Origin: Neoechinorhynchus agilis
Lineage: Eukaryota; Animalia; Acanthocephala
Direction: 5' to 3'
DNA length: 64,000 nucleotides
NCBI GenBank assembly: GCA_051530055.1
Contig: CM121342.1
Coordinates: 10,617,480 to 10,681,479 of the forward strand
The position numbers were made by a program, and so were the translations under genes. Of the stretch, positions 11,525 through 22,097 are shown in pieces. The notes beneath the pieces were generated by a model, which worked only from the letters and a program-made list of their open reading frames with translations, was not told the DNA's origin and ran no database searches. The stretch's first letter is position 1. Every line of letters begins with the position of its first letter.

Positions 11525-13444
11525 TTAACCTTTAATAACGGCAATTGGTCTAAGCTTTATGCACTTATTGCTTATACCCGCGGCATGGCAAGTATCGACA
11601 ACATCGGTGACGTTCTTGTACGAATCTGGAGCCTCTTCCATAACAAGTTTCGGTGAAGCGATTCTAATTGAGATTCCTTTAGCTTTCAGTTGATCGAGAA
11701 CATCAAACCACTCTAACTCACGCCTTGCCTTTGCTCTTGACAACGCTCGACCTGCTCCATGACATGTTGTTCCAAAAGTGAGTTGCATACTCTTCTCTGT
11801 TCCTGTGAGTACATAACTGCATGTTCCCATTGTACCACCAATCAGCACCGGTTGACCAGTTAGTTGGTAATCAACGGGAATGAGCGGATGATGAGGAGGA
11901 AATGCTCGTGTTGCTCCTTTTCGATGAACCAATAAGCGACGTTCTCCTAATCCGGGAACGATGTGCTCTTCCATTTTGGCAATATTGTGGCAAACATCGT
12001 AGATTAAATGCATATCGAGATCGTCCGGCGTCGATTGGAATACTTTTGCGAAAGCCTGCCTTGCAAGGAAAGTCATCGAAGATCGATTTACCCAGGCGTA
12101 GTTTGCCGCTGCACACATACCTTTATAGAGTGTGATAAGGTCAGTGTGCCGGAAAAAGATAAATATTGAATGTTAAGGCGAAAAAATGGAAAGACTTGTG
12201 GAATTGTTCTTACTACTTCATGTTTTTTGGGCGAAAATGTGATATTTCGAACGCTAAAGAATATAAACATATGAATGCGTTGGAGGGGAGCTCAATTCAA
12301 ATTTATGAACGGTGAACATCGGCAAAAATTGCAATTTTGTTTGGTTTAAAATGTTTTTTTGCTAGAGCTTAAACAGAATTGATTTTAAAACTCCGCTAAA
12401 ATTCCCAATAAACTCGGCTTCAACTATATGGGCCAAGGTGCCGCTGCTAAAAATCCGGTTAAATTATAAAGCACAAAAATGCCGAAATTGACTTCATTAC
12501 TACTCGTTAAAATAATTCTGTCCTTCTTCGCTATAGAACCGAGCACAAGCCAATTGTCGATCGTTTGTCTCTATTTTATCCCTCTTCATAACCTTTTCCA
12601 TAACAACTAGACTATCCGTTGCTACTTGATGTCCAAGACCTCGACTACCGCAATGAATCATCACACATACTTGTCCGTTAAAATCAATTCCCATTTTCGA
12701 AGCGGCGAATTTGTCATAAATCTCATCGACTACCTGAATTTCGGCATAATGATTTCCAGCTCCAAGGGTTCCCAATTGAGGCAATCCTCGTTTTTTCGCT
12801 CTTACACTAACCTTGTCAGGTTCAGCTTGCAGCATTCGTCCGTACTCTTCACAATGTTCTTTATCTTCAACCCATGAATATCCTTCCCTTAAAGACCAAT
12901 CAACGCCCATCTCCAGAACTTCATCGAGATCCTGAGCATTCATCGGAATGATGCCTTTTGATCCAACACCAACTGGAATGTGATCAAACATACTTTGAGC
13001 TAATTGATCTTTGACAGGTTGAACTTGCTTCTCGGTCAAATTAGTCCTTAACAAACGAACTCCACAATTAATATCGAAACCAACCCCTCCAGGAGATACA
13101 ATCGCGTCCGATTGACTTAAATCGAACGCAGCCATGTTTCCAATCGCAAATCCATATCCACTATGAATATCAGGAAGTCCAACGCTGTTTCCAACAATAC
13201 CGGGCAATGCGGCGACATTTGCAACTTGCTTAAGACCAGGCAAAAACCCACCTCCGATTCCACCGGCGGATGCAGCCATTCGACACGAATTACGAAGTTC
13301 ATCAAACAAAAGCTTTTTGAGGCGATCGTTCACGTAAAACATTCCTTCAACTTTCATGTTAGCAACAAATCCTTTTTTGATACGAAATGAACAATCACTG
13401 ATTTGTTCGATAAATGCGAGTTCCTGATCGAACGAACGGGACAT
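11525..13444 (-). CDS. rtcB: tRNA-splicing ligase RtcB, two exons (13444-12505, 12120-11525) separated by a 384-nt non-GT-AG interruption
   Basis: MSRSFDQEL..., [44 protein letters not shown]; second part [37 protein letters not shown]. Confidence 0.95.
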
Positions 13445-13756
13445 TGTTATGGAAAACGACGAATTTATTGCAAGGAAAAGTGATGAACAAAGATTACATG
13501 ACGTCACAATAAACGTACGATTCTTCCAGACAAAGGTCTTTAAAGATTTATTTTGCCGGCATTCAAGGTGGTTACGTCTGATTCAATGGAATTTTTCTTA
13601 CGAGATTCATCACGCCTAAGGACTCTTGACTAATTTTCCTGAATCCTTCAACCTCAAGATGTATTCTGGGCTCCAAAATGCAATTTCATTGAACCGACAA
13701 GTGTCTACGTCGTGAGTGCTGACGTTTTCATTAGGTAACGAAATGCCTTCTTCTAG

Positions 13757-14413
13757 ATGACCACGAATTCCCGCAACGAGCATGAACCAGAAGTAGTTGA
13801 TCAAGAGGTTTTATCCGTGATTGAACAACAATTAACGGAAGACGAGTACGTCCTTGCTTTAAGAGGTGAAGACGGCAAAGAAGAATATCTCATTATCCCA
13901 GACGACTACGACGTCAGTTCGTTGCTTATGGACGAAGAGGTCAATCCATCAGTTAAGGAAGCGATAATGTCCGTCAAAGCACCGATGGAATCTCTTGATC
14001 CAATTGCTACTACCGCTCCAACTGGAATGTCGGCGTCGTCCACTCTTCCCGAACCTAGTAATCGTGGACGAGCGGAGGATGAAGTTTTGCTTTATCAGAC
14101 AAAACCGGTGCCCACACCAACTGGCTTCCAAGAAGAATCATTTGTACGTCTCCCTCGGGATCGTTCGAATCCCCCGGCAATGCTGGAATTCTGTTTGGGA
14201 TTCAAGGAAAACGAAGACGGATTCGTTAGTGGATATCAGCAAGAGTTCTTAAATTTTTTGGTTGAAAAGAAGAATGAAGACGATCAAATTGTATTGGGTA
14301 CGATTGGACGTGTTCCGGCAGATGTGGATCCGCCAGTTACGGACAATGTGCCAATCGATTTGTCAGATGTTGCACTACAGGTCCCCACTGAGCCTATGGA
14401 CATAGATGAATGA
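13757..14413 (+). CDS. Acidic hypothetical protein (218 aa), head-to-head with RtcB
   Basis: Long D/E-rich ORF with ATG start and aataaa shortly after the stop; no family recognised. Confidence 0.6.
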   Translation: MTTNSRNEHEPEVVDQEVLSVIEQQLTEDEYVLALRGEDGKEEYLIIPDDYDVSSLLMDEEVNPSVKEAIMSVKAPMESLDPIATTAPTGMSASSTLPEPSNRGRAEDEVLLYQTKPVPTPTGFQEESFVRLPRDRSNPPAMLEFCLGFKENEDGFVSGYQQEFLNFLVEKKNEDDQIVLGTIGRVPADVDPPVTDNVPIDLSDVALQVPTEPMDIDE

Positions 14414-14669
14414 GTTTTGGGGAATCTCTTATGAATAAAACGTTAATGAGCACCCAGAAAAATCTTAAACTCTTTTTTTGTGATTTAGTTGGCCTAGAAA
14501 TCATTTCTTTTTTGTTTTTATATCTATTCACAAACTACGGAAGGTACAAACTCGGCCAGTTTTTTCCAGGCCATTGAATTTTTCTTTATTTTTCCGAAAA
14601 GTGGCCAACCGATGTTTTTATTAAGTATCTATGTTCGGCCTTTTAAGTGATTTTATGCGCTTCCCTGAA

Positions 14670-14760
14670 CCAGATCGGTGGGCTGTGTGCCTAAGGAAAA
14701 TTATCAGCGGGGAAAAGGACGAACATAGAAATTTAATAAAAAAAGGTGCCGGCTGGCCAG
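14670..14760 (-). repeat. Structured dispersed repeat, copy 2
   Basis: Reverse complement of ctggccagccgg...gctgataattttccttaggcacacagcccaccgatctgg. Confidence 0.65.
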
Positions 14761-15265
14761 TCCTCAGAAAAATATATGTTTTAGTTTGGCCTTGTGGAAT
14801 CGTCTATTTATTTTGCAGTGCTTCACGCATTTAAACCCGGTTGCCATTTTTGTCCCATTTAAATGTTCCCTTGTTATCGGTAGCCGTTGATTGACGGCCA
14901 TTGCTTTAGAGGACAAAAAAGTCGAAGAAAAACATTGTATAAAAAGGTGTTTCATTGTGACTGTTCAATTCAATTTCGATCATTTAAAAGTTAGTTTTTC
15001 CGGAAGGATGTTGTATTAACAACTCATTATTGTGAACATCATAGAAAATGAGATTGTCAACTCAATTGTAATATTAAGTTTATTTTTTATGGTCACACTT
15101 GGTTGCTTTTATAATTTTGCAGTTCTCTTTAGGTTTTTTAGAAACAAAAATATTTCCTTAAGACTTAAGTTTTTTATGGGCAATTGGGATGGCTGTTGTA
15201 ATTATAAAGAGAATATTTATTTCCGTGCTTTCGCCGTCCAAAGGTGCGTGCAGTTATGGAGCGTG

Positions 15266-18200
15266 TTACAGTGGCGATATCGAAGCGGAACGTTCGTTCC
15301 GTCTGTAGACCAGTTCTGGAGGTTTGTCGAGCTGATGTCCAGAACTCTCCCTCGCATTGTCTACGGAAACGCCATCCGGGGGTAAATAGTTCCACCGGTG
15401 TTTGGCCAAAAACCTAACTCGTGTCGAGAGTTTTACTTTTCCGTCCATGATTTTGCGAACGGATTGAGTGCGTTCAGAACAGGTCATCTCTTAGACCAAG
15501 TTGCTACGAGTGCAAATCGAATTTTGTAGGCCACGAACGATGCTGGACGTGCTTACGGCGATTTATGGTGTTCAGTTCTCGTCCGGATTTGCCCAAGTGT
15601 AGGTACGCTTCTGTGAACAATCCGGACATCCATCCTCGATCGCCGCAGCAGCTTTCGAACATCACTAGTGAACTTTTTACTGATATATAGAATCCTGAGA
15701 ATCGGTTTTCCTCCATATCGATTCCGTGAACTATCATCCCTCCGCTTCTCTCTCTTGAATCACACAGCCGGTGGAACCGCATTATCTCTTTACGTTTAAA
15801 GCCATTATCGGCGAAAATTGCGTTCGCCATTCAAAAAACAAAACTTGATCAACCATGCGGGCGAAAAATCAAGTAGCATTTCACAGCCCTATAAGGCCAT
15901 TTAAATTCCCAAATTTATTATAAAATGTGACTGCATTAAGAAATTTTTCATTACATTTTGTGTGATGGAGACGAAAATGATACTAAACTACAAACCGTGT
16001 ATACATTTTCATAAAAATCCAATATTTATAGTTTAAAACCGGCATTTGCGACTATATTTTGGATAACCAAAAATTGACCAGTTGGCGTTTTTTTTGCTGC
16101 ATGTATTCCTTATTGTCCCCTTTTTAGGGACTAGATAGTCTGTATAAAATATCACTGTGGTTTTGGGAATCGGAAATATTTCTAAAGTTCTCCTTTTTCG
16201 ATAAACACTTCAACACCGGGGCACTGATTGAAAAACTTCTCAAACACATTTCGTTGTAAGCTCACATTTTCCATTTCATACAGATCAGATGAATCAGATT
16301 GAGGCTTACATATATTTTTCAAATTTATAATCCTAACTTACAAATTATACTTGGCAAAGACAAGTCTTTTTATTTTAGTTTCTCGTCTAATATGTTACAA
16401 TATGAACTGTTTTGCGTCTGAGATGTTCATGCGCCGAGTTTTAGGAGATGTGCTCGGTCTAGGACTAGATGACGATTCACGAGCGTGTTCACCGCTACTA
16501 TTACTTCGACTGAATTTCTCCCTTAGTGATGCTTTAGACCAAGTACCAGTTCGTTCAGCAACTTCCTGATAGAACTTTTCGGCTGGCACAAATGTCAAAA
16601 TGGACATATCGCGAGCGTGTTGTCTTAAAACTCGCCGCTCATGAAGCACTGAAGCGTACATTCCAAGATATTCTATTTTTAAATCAATATCATGTTGAGT
16701 TTCGTTATCGTCAACACCCATTCGTATATGCACAAGAAAAGATTCGATATTGTTTTTGAATTCTCGTTCATAGTCGTCTCGTAAGTGCAGTGCAGCGATA
16801 TGTTCATTGTCTTTTGCGTTTATGTACATAGGTGGCAGCGGAATCGAAGGCGATAGAACTGAATTTGTTAGGTCTTCGAACGAATAACACTTCAGGTTCG
16901 AGTATTTAGCAATCATTTCAGGCAGGCGAAACCGAGCTCGGAGTTGATGGTAAAATCTTCGAACTAATTCGTGATCGCTCGCTCCAATCGACCTGGAAAT
17001 AACGGCCCTGTAGACGGGAAAAATTGTGAAAAAAGAAGTATCCGTAAACAGGGTACTCACCAGTTGGCGTATCCATGGTGTCGCATCCGGTGAAGTATAC
17101 GCTGAGCAAACTCAAAATAGACGTGACTTGAGATCAGTTTTGGTTTTTCTATCTTTGTTATCCGTCGCTAGAAACAAAACAGAAATTATTATGTGATTTT
17201 TCTAAGGATAGAATCGTCAAAAATTGTCGCTCAGAAGATCACTGAGTTTGTCTGGCTGTAATGAATACCGCCTAGTTGTTATTAGACAACGAATCCACAT
17301 ACCATCGGAAAGGGAATTCAGTTTTCATGCTTAATATCTCAATATATTATCGATTGTGGATGTTTGACCGAAGGACGAAACCCTTAAAGTAACCACCGTT
17401 CACGGAATGAGAAAAACAAGAACTACAAATGGGATACCGATTGTTTTACTAAGACGTTTAGTTTTCAATTTGAGGATTAAAATACAAAACCTCGAGCTAA
17501 CGAAACGCCGAATATGTTGAAACAATGCACATTTGTAATTAGAGAACTATAAAAGAGCGAATGCACCCAAAATGTTTATTTTCAAGTATGGAAACTACAA
17601 GGAAAATTAATCAATTAATTTAAAAAGGGTCTGCGATTATTTTCAATATTTTTCTTCTACATACTCCTCTACTCAACGCAAAATCGCCTATAATTTTCAA
17701 AAACACTCGATTCCGGTTAATCGCATAAGCCGCTTATTTGGACAGAATCTTAAAGGACCGAAACAAATCTATGTATATAAGCTTAGTATCATTCGTTTAT
17801 TAAACCAAAATTCCGCATAAAGGGGCAAAAGAGCATGACAGGGAAGATAAAAAAGAAGCCACAACCACTGAAATTTGATAAGAACATTTTGCCGTTGTGC
17901 TTCGCATGCTCCGAGAATTTGCTTTTAAATTTATATTTCAATCAACAAAGTTCGCACAATAAAGTTCATATTACATTTTAAATATATTAAATATAGCACT
18001 TCTCGTCTTGTAACAGGCCACGTTCGTTTAATCGGACCAGCCGGTTATTTATTACCAAAATAATCGCGTCCCGACGTGGTCTGATTAAACCCAGAATGGA
18101 CTGTATTATCATTTATATCGCAAAAAATAAAAGGAAAGGACGATTGTGCCTACAAATTTCAAACATATTTCCAGATAACTACCATGAAAAAGGTTTATAG

Positions 18201-18977
18201 TTGTGGTTATCATACTCAACCGGATAAAATATATTTTATTGAATTTAAATATTTCGTGAGGATGCCTCGTCTAAACAGTTATTGTAAAATTTCGAAAAAA
18301 AAATAATTTTTTAACTTTCTCTTTTATTTTGAAACTATTTACAATGACTGATGCGGCAAGGCTTCCTCGCAAAATATCTCGATTCAATAAAAAAAGCTTT
18401 ATCCGGGGAAAACTTCGATTGATTTAATAGAGGACTCTTTTTAAATAAAAGCTCCTGAAACCATAAACATTTAAGAAATTCCAATTGATTTAAAAACTTT
18501 TAAACAACAAGGTGAGTACTCATTCTGCGCTCTCCAAAAACCTCGATTGATTTGATTTGATATTCGAGAGCCATCCGAGAAATTCCTGAACAAAAATCGA
18601 GTATACGAGGACAACAAACAAGGACCATTCCAGGAGAAAAAAAAATTTTACAAAATAAATTCCGTAATATTTTCTAGGGATAAAATCCAATCAAATGTTC
18701 GCAACCTAAATTAGGAACTATAGGATTCCTTAAACGCTCCATACCTTGATCGAAAATTCCCGATGTTTCTGTCCATTATAACAATCATCAAGACGAAGAT
18801 CCAAAGATAAACACTATATTATCAGCTAGCTTAAAAGATCTTTACGGTTAACGATACCTTTGGACAAAGAATGGCTAATTCATCGTGTTCCCCTGATTCG
18901 GAGTTAGCCTCGATTCCGTAAAAGTCTTCACATTCATTAAGGCAATAAGAACAAATGATGGACTCGGTCACGGACAT
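15266..18977 (-). CDS. TADA2: Transcriptional adaptor ADA2 (TADA2B-like), multi-exon; some junctions unresolved
   Basis: ZZ-like ICSYCLNEC..LCPK (exon 18977-18858, GT donor); SANT-like HHGYANW/AVISRSIGAS via GT-AG intron 17060-17008; LRDDYEREF..DLKIEYLGMYASVLHERRVLRQHARD; SWIRM-like end STRVRFLAKHRW. Confidence 0.7.
18240..18395. mobile_element. Degenerate palindromic hammerhead-type mini-element (second sequence family) in an ADA2 intron
   Basis: aatga-CTGATGC-G-GCAAGG-ctt-CCTCGC-AAA-ATAT-C-tcgatt with an inverted decayed partner; a copy with intact CTGATGA/GAAA lies at ~29240-29280. Confidence 0.55.
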
Positions 18978-19269
18978 TATCGGAATATTTCGAACCGCTT
19001 TCAAAAGAAAATGTTGATCCCAGCACGCCGGTTGGAGGAACGAGTATTCAGTCGTACACACACGCGTGCGTGCGCGATGGAGACGCGTGTGTGTGTGTGT
19101 GCGTTTGCCTCCAATGCAACGGCGCACAGACACCGACGATTTTGATGAGCGAGTTCACGGGCTGTTTAGTTGCTCGCTTAGGTTTTTAAAATATTTATAA
19201 TGAACGAATATTCGATCGGTCGGGACGAGTTTCCCGAATATCAACAACTCAAAACAAGCAATTACCCCC

Positions 19270-21620
19270 AAGAAAAAATAATTTACACCTTTGAGTATTT
19301 TTTTTAAATTATCTTGATTACTTCGAGGCTTGCCTATAAATTTACGAATAAAAAACTCAGATTCTAAAGCGTAGAGTTTTAAAGGGCTTTAGACGTCGTT
19401 CTTAAATGAAAAAAAGATTTTGCAAGAAATACGAAAGGTATAAGCGTCCTATAAAAGAAATGAATATTTGTTCGTTTATGATTTGATTCGCGAAAACGAA
19501 ATTTCCCGAAGATTAAATAATTTACACTTTTGAGCATTTTCTTTAAAATTATGTTGATTACTTTAAGGCTTGCCTATAAATTTACGAATAAAAACTCAGA
19601 TTCTAAAGCGTAGTTTTATTGCGCTTTGGACGTCGTTCTTAAATGAAAAAAAAAGATTTTGCAAGAAATACGAAAGGTTTAAGCGTCTTATAAAAGAAAT
19701 GAATATTTGTTCGTTTATGATTTGATTCGCGAAAACGGAATTTCCCGAAGATTAAATAATTTACACCTTTGAGTATTTTTTTAAAATTATCTTGATTACT
19801 TCGAGGCTTGCCTATAAATTTACGAATAAAAAACTCAGATTCTAAAGCGTAGAGTTTTAAAGGGCTTTAGACGTCGTTCTTAAATGAAAAAAAAGATTTT
19901 GCAAGAAATACGAAAGGTATAAGCGTCTTATAAAAGAAATGAATATTTGTTCGTTTATGATTTGATTCGCGAAAACGAAATTTCCCGAAGATTAAATAAT
20001 TTACACTTTTAAGCATTTTCTTTAAAATTATCTTGATTACTTCGAGGCTTGCCTATAAATTTACGAATAAAAAACTCAGATTCTAAAGCGTAGAGTTTTA
20101 AAGGGCTTTAGACGTCGTTCTTAAATGAAAAAAAAGATTTTGCAAGAAATACGAAAGGTATAAGCGTCTTATAAAAGAAATGAATATTTGTTCGTTTATG
20201 ATTTGATTCGCGAAAACGAAATTTCCCGAAGATTAAATAATTTACACTTTTAAGCATTTTCTTTAAAATTATCTTGATTACTTTAAGGCTTATCTATAAA
20301 TTTACGAATAAAAACTCAGATTCTGAAGCGTAGTTTTTTTGCGCTTTAGACGTCCTTCTTAAACGAGAAAAAGATTTTGCAAGAAATACGAAAGGTTTAA
20401 GCGTCTTATAAAAGAAATGAATATTTGTTCGTTTATGATTTGATTCGCGAAAACGAAATTTCCCGAAGATTAAATAATTTACACTTTTGAGCATTTTCTT
20501 TAAAATTATCTTGATTACTTTAAGGCTTGCCTATAAATTTACGAATAAAAACTCAGATTCTAAAGCGTAGTTTTATTGCGCTTTAGACGTCGTTCTTAAA
20601 TGAAAAAAAAAGATTTTGCAAGAAATACGAAAGGTTTAAGCGTCTTATAAAAGAAATGAATATTTGTTCGTTTATGATTTGATTCGCGAAAACGAAATTT
20701 CTCGAAGATTAAATAATTTACACTTTTGAGCATTTTCTTTAAAATTATCTTGATTACTTTAAGGCTTGCCTATAAATTTACGAATAAAAACTCAGATTCT
20801 AAAGCGTAGTTTTATTGCGCTTTAGACGTCGTTCTTAAATGAAAAAAAAGATTTTGCAAGAAATACGAAAGGTTTAAGCGTCTTATAAAAGAAATGAATA
20901 TTTGTTCGTTTATGATTTGATTCGCGAAAACGAAATTTCCCGAAGATTAAATAATTTACACTTTTGAGCATTTTCTTTAAAATTATGTTGATTACTTCGA
21001 GGCTTGCCTATAAATTTACGAATAAAAAACTCAGATTCTAAAGCGTAGAGTTTTAAAGGGCTTTAGACGTCGTTCTTAAATGAAAAAAAAGATTTTGCAA
21101 GACATACGAAAGGTATAAGCGTCTTATAAAAGAAATGAATATTTGTTCGTTCATGATTTGATTCGCGAAAACGAAATTTCCCGAAGATTAAATAATTTAC
21201 ACTTTTAAGCATTTTCTTTAAAATTACGTTGATTACTTTAAGGCTTGCCTATAAATTTACGAATAAAAACTCAGATTCTAAAGCGTAGTTTTATTGCGCT
21301 TTAGACGTCGTTCTTAAATGAAAAAAGATTTTGCAAGAAATACGAAAGGTTTAAGCGTCTTATAAAAGAAATGAATATTTGTTCGTTTATGATTTGATTC
21401 GCGAAAACGAAATTTCCCGAAGATTAAATAATTTACACTTTTTAGCATTTTCTTTAAAATTATGTTGATTACTTTGTGGCTTATCTATAAATTAACGGAA
21501 AAAAACTCAGATTCTGAAGCGTAGTTTTTTTGCGCTTTAGACGTCCTTCTTAAACGAGAAATAGATTTTGCAAGAAATACGACAGGTTTAAACATCTTAT
21601 GAAAGAAATGAAATTTTGTT
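19270..21620. repeat. Tandem satellite, ~239-bp unit, about 10 copies, three unit variants
   Basis: Marker gcctataaa/atctataaa near 19332, 19572, 19810, 20051, 20292, 20529, 20768, 21006, 21247, 21482. Confidence 0.97.
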
Positions 21621-22097
21621 CGGTTGTGATTGTTTTCACGAAAACCGATCACTCAAAACAAATAGTTTTTCCGTAGATTAGTGATTTTCTTTTATAGTTC
21701 TCTCTATATCGTGTTCTTTCTTATGAGAATATTTCACTTTTCGTTGCAGTTTTTTCTTGTTCTAAATGGGCCATGCATCTTTTAGTTTTTTACGGTTTGA
21801 TATTTCAACGCTGAGGAAGATTGTGGTACAAAGCGGAACTTTTACAAAATTATTTATACCTTCAATTGCTTTGTACTTAAACTGCAGTATTTAAGTTTTC
21901 TAAAACTAAAAATATCATCACGATTCACTGTGCGGAAAACCACAGAATTCGATTGTTAATTTGACTAGAGAACGCTCATTGATCACAGGATTGATTCGAA
22001 GAATAGCTTTAGAAAATAGTCCAAGCCCAGTTCCCGTCTTTTTGTCTATAAGGTTCTGTTTAATCAATACAATAATCAATAATTCCACTTTTATGGA

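Noticed and set aside
12490-12515. IRE1 (CNG/CNG loop) or bulge-helix-bulge signatures at the non-canonical junctions
   Set aside because: No convincing motif seen by eye at any junction, so an endonuclease mechanism is unsupported by sequence alone.
15543-15557. 14-nt GTAAGCACGTCCAG micro-intron in ADA2
   Set aside because: Leads to an early stop; a ~68-nt GT-AG intron to CTAAG better restores the SWIRM-like end.
16340-16400. TAA reassignment or readthrough in ADA2 (KQFIL*HIRRE)
   Set aside because: TAA is used as a normal stop at the conserved C-terminus of RtcB; an unresolved exon boundary is more likely.
20294-20494. Short ORFs antisense to genes, within the satellite and in AT-rich spacers
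   Set aside because: No homology signal; explained as shadow or chance ORFs.
19270-21620. Array as CRISPR
   Set aside because: Units are ~239 bp and fully repeated with no unique spacers; no cas genes; eukaryotic context.
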